Of a DNA stretch of 64,000 bases, positions 20,189 through 30,214 are shown in pieces (positions within the stretch are counted from its first letter, which is position 1; every line of letters begins with the position of its first letter). The position numbers were made by a program, and so were the translations under genes. Source of the DNA: Candidatus Poribacteria bacterium (GTDB taxonomy: Bacteria; Poribacteria; WGA-4E; JAJDTR01); assembly GCA_965222225.1 (NCBI GenBank), contig CBDCTK010000002.1:1984001-2048000 (forward strand), written 5' to 3'. The notes below the pieces were generated by a model. It was not told where the DNA came from. It saw nothing but the letters and a program-made list of their open reading frames with translations, and did not search any database.

Positions 20189-21475
20189 ATGCCGACTGAT
20201 CTGGCACAACACATTCAGGAAACCGCTTTGGTCGATACGCATGAACACTTGCGGCGAGAGCACGAGTGGGTGGAAAACGGCCCCGACATTCTACAAGACC
20301 TGTTCGGAAATTACGTTACCGCAGACCTCGTCACCGCGGGCGCGTCGCCGCAGGGGATGATCCGCCTGATGGATGGAACAGACCCGGACATCGGCGGTCG
20401 TTTTGAAGGCATCCGGAACGCGTGGGAAGCGACACAATTTACCGGGTACGGCGAAGCTGTCCGACTCATTGCAAAACACGCCTACGATGTTGAGGAACTG
20501 AACGGTAAAACCCTCGAATGGGCGCAAAAAAAGACCCGCGTCCTGCGAGGGCCGGGCGAACGTTATCGGTTGCTGCACGACGTAGCCAACCTTGAGCACA
20601 CGCAGACCGATGACGGGCTTTGGTCTTGTGCGCCCGACGAATCGGGGCTGGACTTCTTTCTCTACGACCTTTCGTGGCGGGCGTTCTGCAATGGCGACAT
20701 TGATTCCGAGCAGATTGAGGCGGAAACTGGCATTGTCGTTACCGATCTCGGCTCGCTCAAACGAGGCATGGAAGCCATTTTCGCAAAGCACGCCCCGAAT
20801 GCTATTGCCGTAAAAGCCCAGCACGCCTACAGCCGCACCCTTGATTGGGTCGAGCGCACCGATGCGGAAGCGTCTACCGCCCTCGCCGCTGTGTTGCGCG
20901 GAGAGGAGATTGACCTCCAAACCCGGCTCTGCCTCGGTGATTGGTGCTGGGCGCGAGGGGTCGAACTGACAATCGAACACAACCTGCCGTTTAAGATTCA
21001 TACCGGCTATTACGCCGGAAATGATCGTATGCCCGTGAGTCGGATTCCCGCGGGGAATATGTGCGACCTCTTTGCCCGCTATCTGGATGCCAAATTCGTG
21101 CTGATGCACATCGCCTATCCGTACAACGATGAGCTGGTCGCCCTCGCGAAGCACTATCGGAACATCTGGGTGGACCTGTGTTGGGCGTGGAGCATCGACC
21201 CGTACAGCTCTCGCGACTTTTTGCGCCGCTTTGTCCATGCGGTACCGATTAACAAGATTTTCGCATTCGGCGGCGACACGCACTGGCCGACAAGCGCCAT
21301 GGCGTATGCCATCCAAGCGCGGGTTGAAATCACGCGCGCTCTCGAATCGGAGATTGCGGATGGCTATATGACCGAGAAGCAAGCGATGGCTATCGCCACA
21401 CGCATTATGCGGGACAATCAGTTTGACTGTTTCGATGTCGGCGGCACTCAAGCGAACATCCAAGCCGCCGCTTGA
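20189..21475 (+). CDS. Amidohydrolase family protein
   Basis: DTHEH, KIHTG, LMH and FGGD metal-binding motifs. Confidence 0.85.
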   Translation: MPTDLAQHIQETALVDTHEHLRREHEWVENGPDILQDLFGNYVTADLVTAGASPQGMIRLMDGTDPDIGGRFEGIRNAWEATQFTGYGEAVRLIAKHAYDVEELNGKTLEWAQKKTRVLRGPGERYRLLHDVANLEHTQTDDGLWSCAPDESGLDFFLYDLSWRAFCNGDIDSEQIEAETGIVVTDLGSLKRGMEAIFAKHAPNAIAVKAQHAYSRTLDWVERTDAEASTALAAVLRGEEIDLQTRLCLGDWCWARGVELTIEHNLPFKIHTGYYAGNDRMPVSRIPAGNMCDLFARYLDAKFVLMHIAYPYNDELVALAKHYRNIWVDLCWAWSIDPYSSRDFLRRFVHAVPINKIFAFGGDTHWPTSAMAYAIQARVEITRALESEIADGYMTEKQAMAIATRIMRDNQFDCFDVGGTQANIQAAA

Positions 21476-21529
21476 TGACCGTTAAGTTGTAGTCGTTGTA
21501 GGGTGCGAACAAAGGGACGATTGGTGAAG

Positions 21530-21580
21530 GGGACTTGCTATCGCCTTCGCTATTCGCTCAGTTGATCGATAGAACTCCCA
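21530..21580. repeat. Covarying-hairpin element with inverted tail
   Basis: Core at 21538-21567 followed by gatagaactccc. Confidence 0.8.
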
Positions 21581-21950
21581 TCCAGACTGATCCGTCACGT
21601 AGGAGGGGCATCTTGCCCCGACCCCTTGAGGAAGAGAACCCTAATTATGAAGTGCGATGGCTTTCCTACAGCCTCCGCGACAGAGATCCTCTCCCGTTCT
21701 AGCGCATAACGCCAGCGTTTATTAATATACAATCTAATATGTGTAAATATAAATGACTATAGGGGAGGTTCAGTCAACCTAAGGCATTCTGCCGGGAGGA
21801 CATGTCAGGGTTGGATTGAGGACAACATCTAACTGAGGAGGGGGTTCTGCTCAAGAGGGACGTTGAAGTGGAGGTTGCGACACCCGATGGCGCACGGGAG
21901 ATGCTGGGCATCGCTTAAAGCTACTCCTCACTAGTCGCTGACCACTGCCT

Positions 21951-22361
21951 TTAGTTGTTTTGGGCGCCGTCATTGATCCAATCCGTGATGAGTTGAACCT
22001 GCGCGGCATCCAGAGGAGGTCCTCCCAGCGGCATTCTTCCCGTTGAGATTTGGTTGACGATCTCGCTACCAACCGCATCGCCCGCAACGACGATAGCGCC
22101 GCGTTGCCCGCCCTGTAGAACTGACTCATAGGTGCGGAGATCGACCCCGAGCGGTCCCCCGGCGACATGGCACCCTGAGAACGCGCATCGTTGCGTGAGA
22201 ATAGGCAGAATATCGTTCTGAAAGGAGGTCCCGCTACCCGTCGAACCATCGACTACCCCGCCCATTTCATCGGTAGAATCGTCATCACTTGTGCCGCAGC
22301 CGTAAACCCAAATCGCGGACGCAGCCAGTAAGAACGCCATTCCTAATTTTATCCCATTCAT
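21951..22361 (-). CDS. Lipoprotein with planctomycete-type cytochrome c domain
   Basis: Lipobox YGC, SFQNDILPIL, CAFSGCH, MP, WINDGA. Confidence 0.75.
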   Translation of the reverse strand: MNGIKLGMAFLLAASAIWVYGCGTSDDDSTDEMGGVVDGSTGSGTSFQNDILPILTQRCAFSGCHVAGGPLGVDLRTYESVLQGGQRGAIVVAGDAVGSEIVNQISTGRMPLGGPPLDAAQVQLITDWINDGAQNN

Positions 22362-22458
22362 AGTAATAATCTATTCCTTTCATTGATAGCTTTGAAAGCG
22401 AGATTGGTCGTCTGCCGTCTAAACGATAGACCTTTCTTAGCCTCGAACCCTGCCGGGG

Positions 22459-22877
22459 TTAGTTGTTCTTGGCGCCGTCATTGATCCAATCAATGATGAG
22501 TTGAATCTGAGCTGGGTCCAGAGGCGGTCCCTCAGGGGGCATCGTGTCTCCAACGAGAACGCTAACAATGTGGCTCTCTCTCGCCGACCCGGGAATGACT
22601 ATCGCCTCGTGTTCTCCGCTCTCTTGAATGGTCTCGAAACTCCTGAGATCGACGTCGTGCGGCCCATCGGCAACGTGGCAACCTGCGAGCGCGCACCGCT
22701 GGTCAGTATAGGGTGTATATCATTCTGGAAAGAGGGGCTGGGTCTGCCGCCATCTGCCGGATTGTCAAATACCAATCCGAGTTCTTCGGCAGAATCGTCG
22801 AAACTTGCGCCGCAACCACAAACCCAAAACGCGAACCCGACCAATAGGAACGCCATTCCTATCTTTATATCGTTCAT
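22459..22877 (-). pseudogene. Tandem paralogue of the cytochrome c lipoprotein with a 1-nt frameshift near 22701
   Basis: Shifting frame restores QRCALAGCHVADG...MPPEGPPLDPAQIQLIIDWINDGAKNN*. Confidence 0.7.
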
Positions 22878-23074
22878 GCAATAGTTACCTTCCCTTCCAA
22901 TCCAAGTCTTGATAACGTAACGAGTAACATGCGATTTGCTTATCAAAAATTGAAACGTGTTTTAGTGTAATTCCCATTTTTGTGGTATTCGTAAATCCAA
23001 TTCAAGAAATCATTTTTGTACGGCAGATTTATATATCAGGGTGAGAATTTCCCTAGCGATTCCCTTGATAGCTG

Positions 23075-24004
23075 TTAATCCCACAAGTGCGTACTGAAAT
23101 AGCGCTCCCCGAGGTCGTTGAACACGGTCACGATGGTTCCCTTCCCGATCCGCTTGGCGACTTCATAAGCGCCCTTCAGATAGCCGCCGGAGGATTGTCC
23201 GACGAACCACCCGCGTTTTGCCAGACGACCGCATATATCGTACGCCTGATCGATGGTGACGGGGATTTTGCAATCGACAACGCTCTCGTCGAGGATCTCC
23301 GGCACGATGTCCCCCGGATTGCCCAGCGGTTTGAGTCCTTCGATTCCCGGGAAATCATCGGGCGTGATGCAACAGATTTGGATGTCGGAATTGTACTCTT
23401 TGAGCCGTCGTCCGGTGCCCGTCACGGTGCCGCCCGTCCCTACGCCCCCGACGAAATGGGTTAGTTCGCCTCGGCTCTGTTCCAAGATTTCGACGGCTGT
23501 TGTGTCGTAATGAGCGCGCCAGTTGTTCTCGTTCTTGTACTGATCGGCGAAGAAGTATTTGTCGGGCGATGCCTCGAAGCGGCGGTGAACCTCGCGCAGC
23601 GCTTCGTCATATCCGAGGATAGCATCCGTGTACACAATCTCCGCGCCGTGCGCTGTGATCCGTTTCTTCCGCTCCTCGCTCGCGTTGTCGGGGAGGACAA
23701 GCTCGACACGATACCCCAACACCGAGCCAATCATGGCATACGCGATTCCGGCGTTTCCCGAGCTTGAGTCCAGAATGGTTTTGTCCCGATTCAACTCCCC
23801 GGACCGGATGGCTTCCGTCAACATCCGCAGCACAGAACGATCTTTGATTGACCCGCCCGGGTTGTACATCTCGGCTTTTGCGTAGATTTCAACATCCGGC
23901 AGTTCGTCGGAGAAAACATCAATCTTAACCAGCGGCGTATTTCCAATCTGTTGGAGGATGGGGTACGTCGAAAGGTCCACGGCGTGCGCGGCTTGGTTAC
24001 TCAT
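23075..24004 (-). CDS. cysM: PLP-dependent cysteine synthase (CysM-like)
   Basis: IGNTPLV, NPGGSIKDR, SSGNAG, GVGTGGT. Confidence 0.85.
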   Translation of the reverse strand: MSNQAAHAVDLSTYPILQQIGNTPLVKIDVFSDELPDVEIYAKAEMYNPGGSIKDRSVLRMLTEAIRSGELNRDKTILDSSSGNAGIAYAMIGSVLGYRVELVLPDNASEERKKRITAHGAEIVYTDAILGYDEALREVHRRFEASPDKYFFADQYKNENNWRAHYDTTAVEILEQSRGELTHFVGGVGTGGTVTGTGRRLKEYNSDIQICCITPDDFPGIEGLKPLGNPGDIVPEILDESVVDCKIPVTIDQAYDICGRLAKRGWFVGQSSGGYLKGAYEVAKRIGKGTIVTVFNDLGERYFSTHLWD

Positions 24005-24080
24005 TATACGGTTTGTTGTCCATTTCTAACGAAGTCTATACAAAGAAGGTGGCACAGACGCTGTGCCGTTGCGCAAGCTC

Positions 24081-24713
24081 CTAATTCGATACAGCAGGCT
24101 CGAAACCCATCCCCAATCGTTGTTCCAGTAATGCGGCGACGTGGTCTCTTGCGGCGTTGTCTACGAGCTCCCCGTGAAGAATCTCGGAGACCTCAAACTC
24201 GGCTATGCGCAGCGTCGGACGAAGTCCGTGCAACGGCGGCAGCCAATCCCGAAAGGTGTCGAAGAAGGCGCGTTGCGCGGCGCGTCCATTGACGAAAGGG
24301 AAATCGGCGGTTTTGCGCCGAAATCGATCTGTGCCCTTCCGAAGCGCCGACTCATGATGTTCCGCACAGAACCGGAGGTATTGCCCCCGATCAAACGCCA
24401 ACGGCACATGCGCCGGATAAAGCGTCAAGGTCTTCTGCCGGGGGGCGGTGAAGTGCTGCAGCTCGTCGAACTCGAAGATGAAATGATACGGCTCCGGGAA
24501 ATAGGCGTCCGGAGTCAAGTAGCCGTCCGCCTTCGCGAATAATCCGTCCTTATCGCCGCCCAATTCCTCAAAGAGGCGGAGTATTCTCGGGTAATAACCT
24601 CCAAAATGCTCAGCCGTCGGTTTGTTTTTCAGCCAATCGAATTGCGCCTGCCGCTCGGCAGGAACGCCCAACACTTCGGCAACAAGCGCGATGATACCGA
24701 CTTCAAGCCGCAT
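24081..24713 (-). CDS. Hypothetical protein with possible PD-(D/E)xK-like fold
   Basis: 210 aa; PDAYF...FEFDELQHF motif. Confidence 0.55.
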   Translation of the reverse strand: MRLEVGIIALVAEVLGVPAERQAQFDWLKNKPTAEHFGGYYPRILRLFEELGGDKDGLFAKADGYLTPDAYFPEPYHFIFEFDELQHFTAPRQKTLTLYPAHVPLAFDRGQYLRFCAEHHESALRKGTDRFRRKTADFPFVNGRAAQRAFFDTFRDWLPPLHGLRPTLRIAEFEVSEILHGELVDNAARDHVAALLEQRLGMGFEPAVSN

Positions 24714-25259
24714 GGCGAATCTGGGTTGAGGTAAGGCTACTTCCGATGAGGGAACAGGATTCTATTTGTCTTATTGCCCCGCTTGTTATACTCTACAGTT
24801 TCCTTCAACGCAGCGGTAAAGGTGCGTCTCTCTATTGGTCAAAAGCATACCACAAATGCAACCGTGTTTCAAATGGAAATACGAGATCTTGTCCGCAACC
24901 ACCAAATCCCCAATGTCCTCTTTCTCCTTTGTAGGTTGGGTTTCCAAGCGCGACAATCGCTGATTTCTCCTCTTTTTGCCACTTATCCGACCGGTGACGG
25001 ACAAGTATGAACAACAATTTTTGTTTGACAGCGCCTTTGATTCTTGGCACACTATGTGCGCTACTTCAATGGCTGCATACGGCTCGCTACCCGGTGATGT
25101 CCGTCGCTCTCCAATACTGAACCATTACGGACTCCAAGTCTGCAATCTGGATACACTTGATAACTTAACACACATATAGTACAATTTGCCGAAGTGTTGA
25201 AAAGGACAAGAACACAACACTCAGTAACCAATCACTTGTGGAATGAAAGGATCAACCGA

Positions 25260-25675
25260 ATGAATAGCGAGGGCGATAGTTTTCTGACGTTGACGTGGCC
25301 AGATTTTTATCCAGCAGACTGTCCGCCTGCGGAAGCCGAATCTGCTTCCGGTACAGTTTACCGCCTTGTAAAACACGACCCGGCACGGGCAGAAGATTTC
25401 AAATCAGTCTTTGAAGAAAACCTAAGAGGAGTCAAAGAAAAGCAAACTGTGAATCTCTATGGACTCTCCGTCCATAGAGATTCACAAGACAGCGAGCGAC
25501 TACGCGAGCGACTAAAGAACAGGGCCAGAAAATTCAAAAACAGACAGATTGCGGAAGGTAGTCTAAATTCAACGCTTGGAATGATTCGACATACACCATC
25601 AATAGAGGAATCACACATACTTGGTGGGTACCTATTGGAGCGGAGCCTAGGCTTGTTTTTAACGTAATCCGGTAA
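25260..25675 (+). CDS. Hypothetical protein with ART-like R-S-H motifs (probable 1-nt frameshift near 25615)
   Basis: WPDFYPADCPP, VYRLV, GLSV; the shifted frame ends HTWWVPIGAEPRLVFNVIR*. Confidence 0.55.
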
Positions 25676-25707
25676 AAAAGGCAGACAGTCATTTGGTGAG
25701 GAGGTAA

Positions 25708-26877
25708 ATGATGGATGACTTACTCAATATCCCAATGTTGGGAAGACTCGAAATCTTAGAAACCTTCGAATACTACGATCAGCCAGTTCTCTTTTCCTGC
25801 AAAAACGCCGCTGGACATCTCTACCTTGTTGTTGCCGCTGATGAAAACGACCAACACGAAACATGGCTGTACGCCGGAGTTTCCGAGGAACGCCTCAAAC
25901 TCATCCGATCCGGAGCGATTGACCTGCACGACGCATTCGCCGATCCTGAAGATGGCTATGTACTCCAAGCAATAGTTCCATACGACAACCAAACCGGAAT
26001 CCAAACCGACTTCATCCAGCCCGATCGAATCACTGAAGACATGCTCCCCATACCCGGTGAACGCCTCGATCTTAAGACCAATACACTTCCGACACTCAGT
26101 AGTCCAGAAGAAATTGCAAAATCGGGAAAGCGAGAAATTCTAAACCTGACTCTCAACTTCGATGGCGTATTCAGGACAGAAGCGCCTGCTGCTGCCCTAA
26201 GTAGGATTCTTGGGACACTCCAAGACGTGATTAACACAATTGGAATGGCCCGTTGTAACTCAACTCAAATCACTGAAGACATCAGGCGCGAAATGCAGAT
26301 TTCGCTAATAGAAGTCGGTGCTGGGTCATTCGACATTCGGCTCGCCTCTACAGAGATTGTTGACCTTTTTAGTAATTCTGATTTCGGAAATGCAATTGAA
26401 GAATTCCTCAATCTCCTTGTTGCCGGGAGTGACCAGAACGAACTCAGGATACTCCTAGGACGACTCAAATCAAGAGTTGCGGAGAACTACACTACATTTC
26501 TCAAATCGCTCAGCGAATCCGTAAGCGATACTAAACTCACATGGACATCGCCAAATCCACAGCGAGGAGGAACAGCATACTTATCCAAACCGCAAATGCA
26601 AGAAGCGATTGAAATTCTCCAAAGATTTCAAGAAGAAACGCCGTCAACGTTCACTGTTATTGGCACGTTAATCGGTGCCTTCCTTAAATCCAAAAGATTT
26701 GAAATTGAAACTACAGAAAAAGTCTATACTGGGTCCATCGCAGACGAAGCCATTAAGGTCGTAAGTACCGCCACACTTAGCCGAGAATACACCGCAACAA
26801 TTCAAGAAATCACCAAAAAACGCGAAACCACAGATGAAATCACCAAGCCGAAATACCAGCTCTTGAGTCTCCGCTGA
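25708..26877 (+). CDS. DUF6575-like domain protein
   Basis: LGRLEILETFEYYDQPVLFSCKN N-terminus, GSF motif, GAGGAGG RBS. Confidence 0.65.
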   Translation: MMDDLLNIPMLGRLEILETFEYYDQPVLFSCKNAAGHLYLVVAADENDQHETWLYAGVSEERLKLIRSGAIDLHDAFADPEDGYVLQAIVPYDNQTGIQTDFIQPDRITEDMLPIPGERLDLKTNTLPTLSSPEEIAKSGKREILNLTLNFDGVFRTEAPAAALSRILGTLQDVINTIGMARCNSTQITEDIRREMQISLIEVGAGSFDIRLASTEIVDLFSNSDFGNAIEEFLNLLVAGSDQNELRILLGRLKSRVAENYTTFLKSLSESVSDTKLTWTSPNPQRGGTAYLSKPQMQEAIEILQRFQEETPSTFTVIGTLIGAFLKSKRFEIETTEKVYTGSIADEAIKVVSTATLSREYTATIQEITKKRETTDEITKPKYQLLSLR

Positions 26878-27332
26878 CAAGAAGACTTATTCTCCGCAGC
26901 GAGTTTGAAATTTCGACCAACTACTAAAATCACATGAGCCCAGTCGGACAGCTTGCTAAGATTGGTCGCTCGTAGTCAGATAATGCTAGGCTCGCGGAGA
27001 CTGCAAATCGGACGCTCCCCGATTTCCATCAACAATCGTCATTCGTCAAATTCCCGCCTTCTCTTACTCCGCCCACCACACGTGGTAAAGTCAAAAAACG
27101 CCAGTACAAATCCCCACCCGACGCAACCCCAAAGCACTTGCAACACAACTGGATGTGTGATATAAACCTCAATGCGAATCCTCGGCGATTTAATTGAAGG
27201 CTTCCAGATGCCGTGCGCCCGCATGGCTGGTGCTTTGACGTTGCTCAAAGTTGCCGCTTCTGCTAAAATGTTCTCTAACAACAGTCAGAGTTTGCAAGAC
27301 GGAACAATGCCTTAACAATCAAAGGAGCTCAC

Positions 27333-28367
27333 ATGATACGGCAAACCACAGTAATCCTACGGGTACTCATTTTGTTGCTCATTGTCACGGCGAGTGGATG
27401 TGAGAAGGGCAGCGAACTCCCGGCAAGCGCCATCGTGGCTGGGAAATATATCATTCTGGACACGCGGACGGATCAGGGCGACTCGGCGACGGCAAAGAAG
27501 AACGCCGAAAACACCCTGAAGAAATATCCCGATATCAACGCAATGGTCGGGCTTTGGGCGTACAATACCCCTCAATGCCTCGAGGCAGTGAAGGATGCCC
27601 GCATGGAGGGGAGGGTGAAGTTGATCTCTTTCGACGAAGACAATTTGACGCTGCAGGGAATCAAAGATGGTCATGTGCACGGAACTGTCGTGCAACAGCC
27701 TTATGAGTTCGGCTACCAGTCGATGAAATACCTCAAAGCGCTGGCGGAGGGCGACACATCCGTGATCCCGCCAAACAAGATGTTGGATATCCCGACGAGG
27801 GTGATTAAGAGGGACAACGTTGATGAATTCTGGGCTAATCTTAAGGAACTCAGTCAGTTGGGTGAGACCGCGAAAGACGCGGAAAAACCGACGGGCGGGC
27901 ATCATTTCGCCTTCGTGGTGAACGTCCCCAACGAGTTTTGGAATTACGCCAGAGCCGGTTGTTACAAAGCCGAACAGGATTTCGGTCTGCTCTGCGATTT
28001 CAAGATTCCCCACGACGGTTCATCGGCGGAGCAGAATCGAATCCTCGAAACGCTCGTTCAGAAGGACGAAATTAAGGGAATCGCCGTGAGTCCGCTCGAC
28101 CCCAAGAATCAGACGGCGATTCTCAACCAGGTGGCTGAGAAGGTCACACTCCTGTGCCACGACAGCGACGCGCCGGACAGTAACCGTCTGTTTTATCTGG
28201 GCACAAACAACTATCTCGGTGGTCGGCAGGTTGGCAAGTTGGTCAAAGAGGCTTTACCAGACGGCGGCAAACTGATGATTTTTGTTGGGAAATTGGATGT
28301 GCTGAATGCGCAGCAGCGGCGGCAGGGAGTGATTGACGAGCTCATGGATAAGCCGATGCCGGAATAA
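27333..28367 (+). CDS. Sugar ABC substrate-binding lipoprotein (RbsB/LacI-like fold, circularly permuted)
   Basis: Lipobox SGC. GTVVQQPYEFG precedes FW...GIAVSP...DSD...GTNNY. Confidence 0.85.
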   Translation: MIRQTTVILRVLILLLIVTASGCEKGSELPASAIVAGKYIILDTRTDQGDSATAKKNAENTLKKYPDINAMVGLWAYNTPQCLEAVKDARMEGRVKLISFDEDNLTLQGIKDGHVHGTVVQQPYEFGYQSMKYLKALAEGDTSVIPPNKMLDIPTRVIKRDNVDEFWANLKELSQLGETAKDAEKPTGGHHFAFVVNVPNEFWNYARAGCYKAEQDFGLLCDFKIPHDGSSAEQNRILETLVQKDEIKGIAVSPLDPKNQTAILNQVAEKVTLLCHDSDAPDSNRLFYLGTNNYLGGRQVGKLVKEALPDGGKLMIFVGKLDVLNAQQRRQGVIDELMDKPMPE

Positions 28368-28392
28368 ATCTGGATTGGCGCAATTTATTCGG

Positions 28393-28426
28393 AGAAACCG
28401 AGTTTTCAAGAAAAAACTCGGTTTCT
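28393..28426. repeat. Palindromic repeat family E (AGAAACCGAGTTTT-N6-AAAACTCGGTTTCT)
   Basis: 14-bp stem. Related copies near 18342, 30140, 50748. Confidence 0.65.
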
Positions 28427-28497
28427 TCTACTGGAAACTCGTAACATGCCCGCCTATCCCATACTCCTTCGGCGAACCAACAAATCCCGGAATTTCT

Positions 28498-30033
28498 ATG
28501 CAGAACGGTGATGTAAAACCCTTCCTAGAGGCGACCGGAATCCACAAACGCTTCCCGGGGGTGCACGCGCTCAACAACGTGAACGCGACCTTTTTCCTCG
28601 GCGAAGTAGTCGCTGTCATTGGGGAGAACGGCGCAGGCAAAAGCACCTTGATGAAGGTTATCGCCGGCGTCCATCCACCCGACGCGGGAACCATTACGCT
28701 TGAAGGAGAACCGGTAACCATCCCCACCGTCTCCAAGGCGACCGAACTGGGAATCGCATTCATTCATCAGGAACTCAACCTCTCGGACAATTTGAGCGTT
28801 GGGGCGAACATCTTCTTGGGGCGGGAGCCGCGTAAGTTTGGGCGCCTCGGCTTAATCAATCAGAAGTCGATTCGCCGCCATACCCGCGACATCCTCGATC
28901 AGTTGGAGATGGACTGCGATCCGGAAACAATCGTCCGCGAGCTTTCCATCGGGCATCAGCAGATGGTAGAAATTGCCAAGGCGTTATCCCAGAACGCCCG
29001 GATGATTATCATGGATGAGCCGACGAGCAGCCTGACGCAACACGAAACGGATTGCCTCTTTAATCTTATCCGCAGCCTGAAATCCCAAGGCGTTTGTGTC
29101 GTCTACATCTCCCATCGCCTGATGGAGGTCGGTCAGATTGCCGACCGCGTGATTGTCCTCCGAGACGGCGAAAATAGCGGCGAGTTGGCTCGTGACGAGA
29201 TTGACCACGAGCGCATGGTATCGCTGATGGTGGGTAGATCTCTGACGCAGTTTTATCAACACAAAGAACATCAGATTGGATCGCCGGTGCTTGAGGTTTC
29301 CGATTTGGTGGTGCCCGGGCATTCGGATCTGCGTATCAATTTCACGCTCCATGCGGGCGAGGTGGTTGGAATGGCTGGCCTCGTGGGTGCGGGACGGACA
29401 GAGCTGGCGCAGGCAATCTTCGGCGTTGACGGCGCTGTTTCCGGGACGCTCAAGGTTGATGGCGAAATCGTGGAGATTCACAACCCCCGTGACGCAATCA
29501 ACGCGGGCATTGCGCTCGTTCCGGAGGATCGTCGCGATTACGGGCTGATAACGGAATTTGCCGTTCGCGACAACATCTCATTGTCCGCGCTTGACCGTTA
29601 TCAGACGGCGAAGTTTGTGCGCCAGAAAAAGGTCGCCGACCTCGCCCGCGAGGCGGTGGATGAGTTCAACGTGAAAACAACCTCTATCGAAAACGAGGTT
29701 GGGCTGCTCTCCGGCGGCAATCAACAGAAGGTTGTGCTTGCCAAGTGGATATCCCTGAAACCGAAAGTTCTGCTTTTGGACGAACCTACAAGGGGCATTG
29801 ATGTCGGCTCCAAGAGCGAGATTTACCAGTTAATCGAAGACTTGGCAAGTCAAGGCGTGGCTATCCTGGCAATTTCCAGTGATCTTGAGGAGATTCTGCG
29901 GATCTCGGACCGCGTGTTGGTCATGCACGACGGAGCGCTGACGGGCGAACTCGCGCGTGACATGCTCAGTGAAGAGGCGGTCATGGGGCTGGCAACTGGA
30001 TCAAGCGACCGAATAGATCAACTGAGCGGATAG
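28498..30033 (+). CDS. Sugar ABC transporter ATP-binding protein (RbsA-like)
   Basis: GENGAGKST, MDEPT, LSGGNQQKV, DEPTRGIDVG. Confidence 0.92.
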   Translation: MQNGDVKPFLEATGIHKRFPGVHALNNVNATFFLGEVVAVIGENGAGKSTLMKVIAGVHPPDAGTITLEGEPVTIPTVSKATELGIAFIHQELNLSDNLSVGANIFLGREPRKFGRLGLINQKSIRRHTRDILDQLEMDCDPETIVRELSIGHQQMVEIAKALSQNARMIIMDEPTSSLTQHETDCLFNLIRSLKSQGVCVVYISHRLMEVGQIADRVIVLRDGENSGELARDEIDHERMVSLMVGRSLTQFYQHKEHQIGSPVLEVSDLVVPGHSDLRINFTLHAGEVVGMAGLVGAGRTELAQAIFGVDGAVSGTLKVDGEIVEIHNPRDAINAGIALVPEDRRDYGLITEFAVRDNISLSALDRYQTAKFVRQKKVADLAREAVDEFNVKTTSIENEVGLLSGGNQQKVVLAKWISLKPKVLLLDEPTRGIDVGSKSEIYQLIEDLASQGVAILAISSDLEEILRISDRVLVMHDGALTGELARDMLSEEAVMGLATGSSDRIDQLSG

Positions 30034-30140
30034 CGCGCAGGATTTTCTATCGGAGTTCTATCGCACTCATTATTCATTCGCTTGATCCCTCCTTATCCGG
30101 TCGGTTGATCTATAGAAATCCCGTGCGATAGAGTTCCCTT
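29999..30140. repeat. Covarying-hairpin element cluster overlapping the ATPase stop
   Basis: Two truncated minus copies 29999-30033, core at 30058, truncated tandem copy, inverted tails. Confidence 0.85.
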
Positions 30141-30214
30141 TTCAAGAAAGAAAACTCGGTTTCAGGGCAAATTGGGCTACTACAAATAGATCTTCAATCA
30201 GGCTCTTAAGGTAC

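Noticed and set aside
20291-21463. Long antisense ORFs (also 32525-33424, 27357-28013, 51944-52597, 49263-49931)
   Set aside because: Shadow frames opposite well-supported genes; no motifs or RBS.
24714-25060. Riboswitch upstream of the cysM-containing unit
   Set aside because: No SAM or T-box consensus recognisable by eye.
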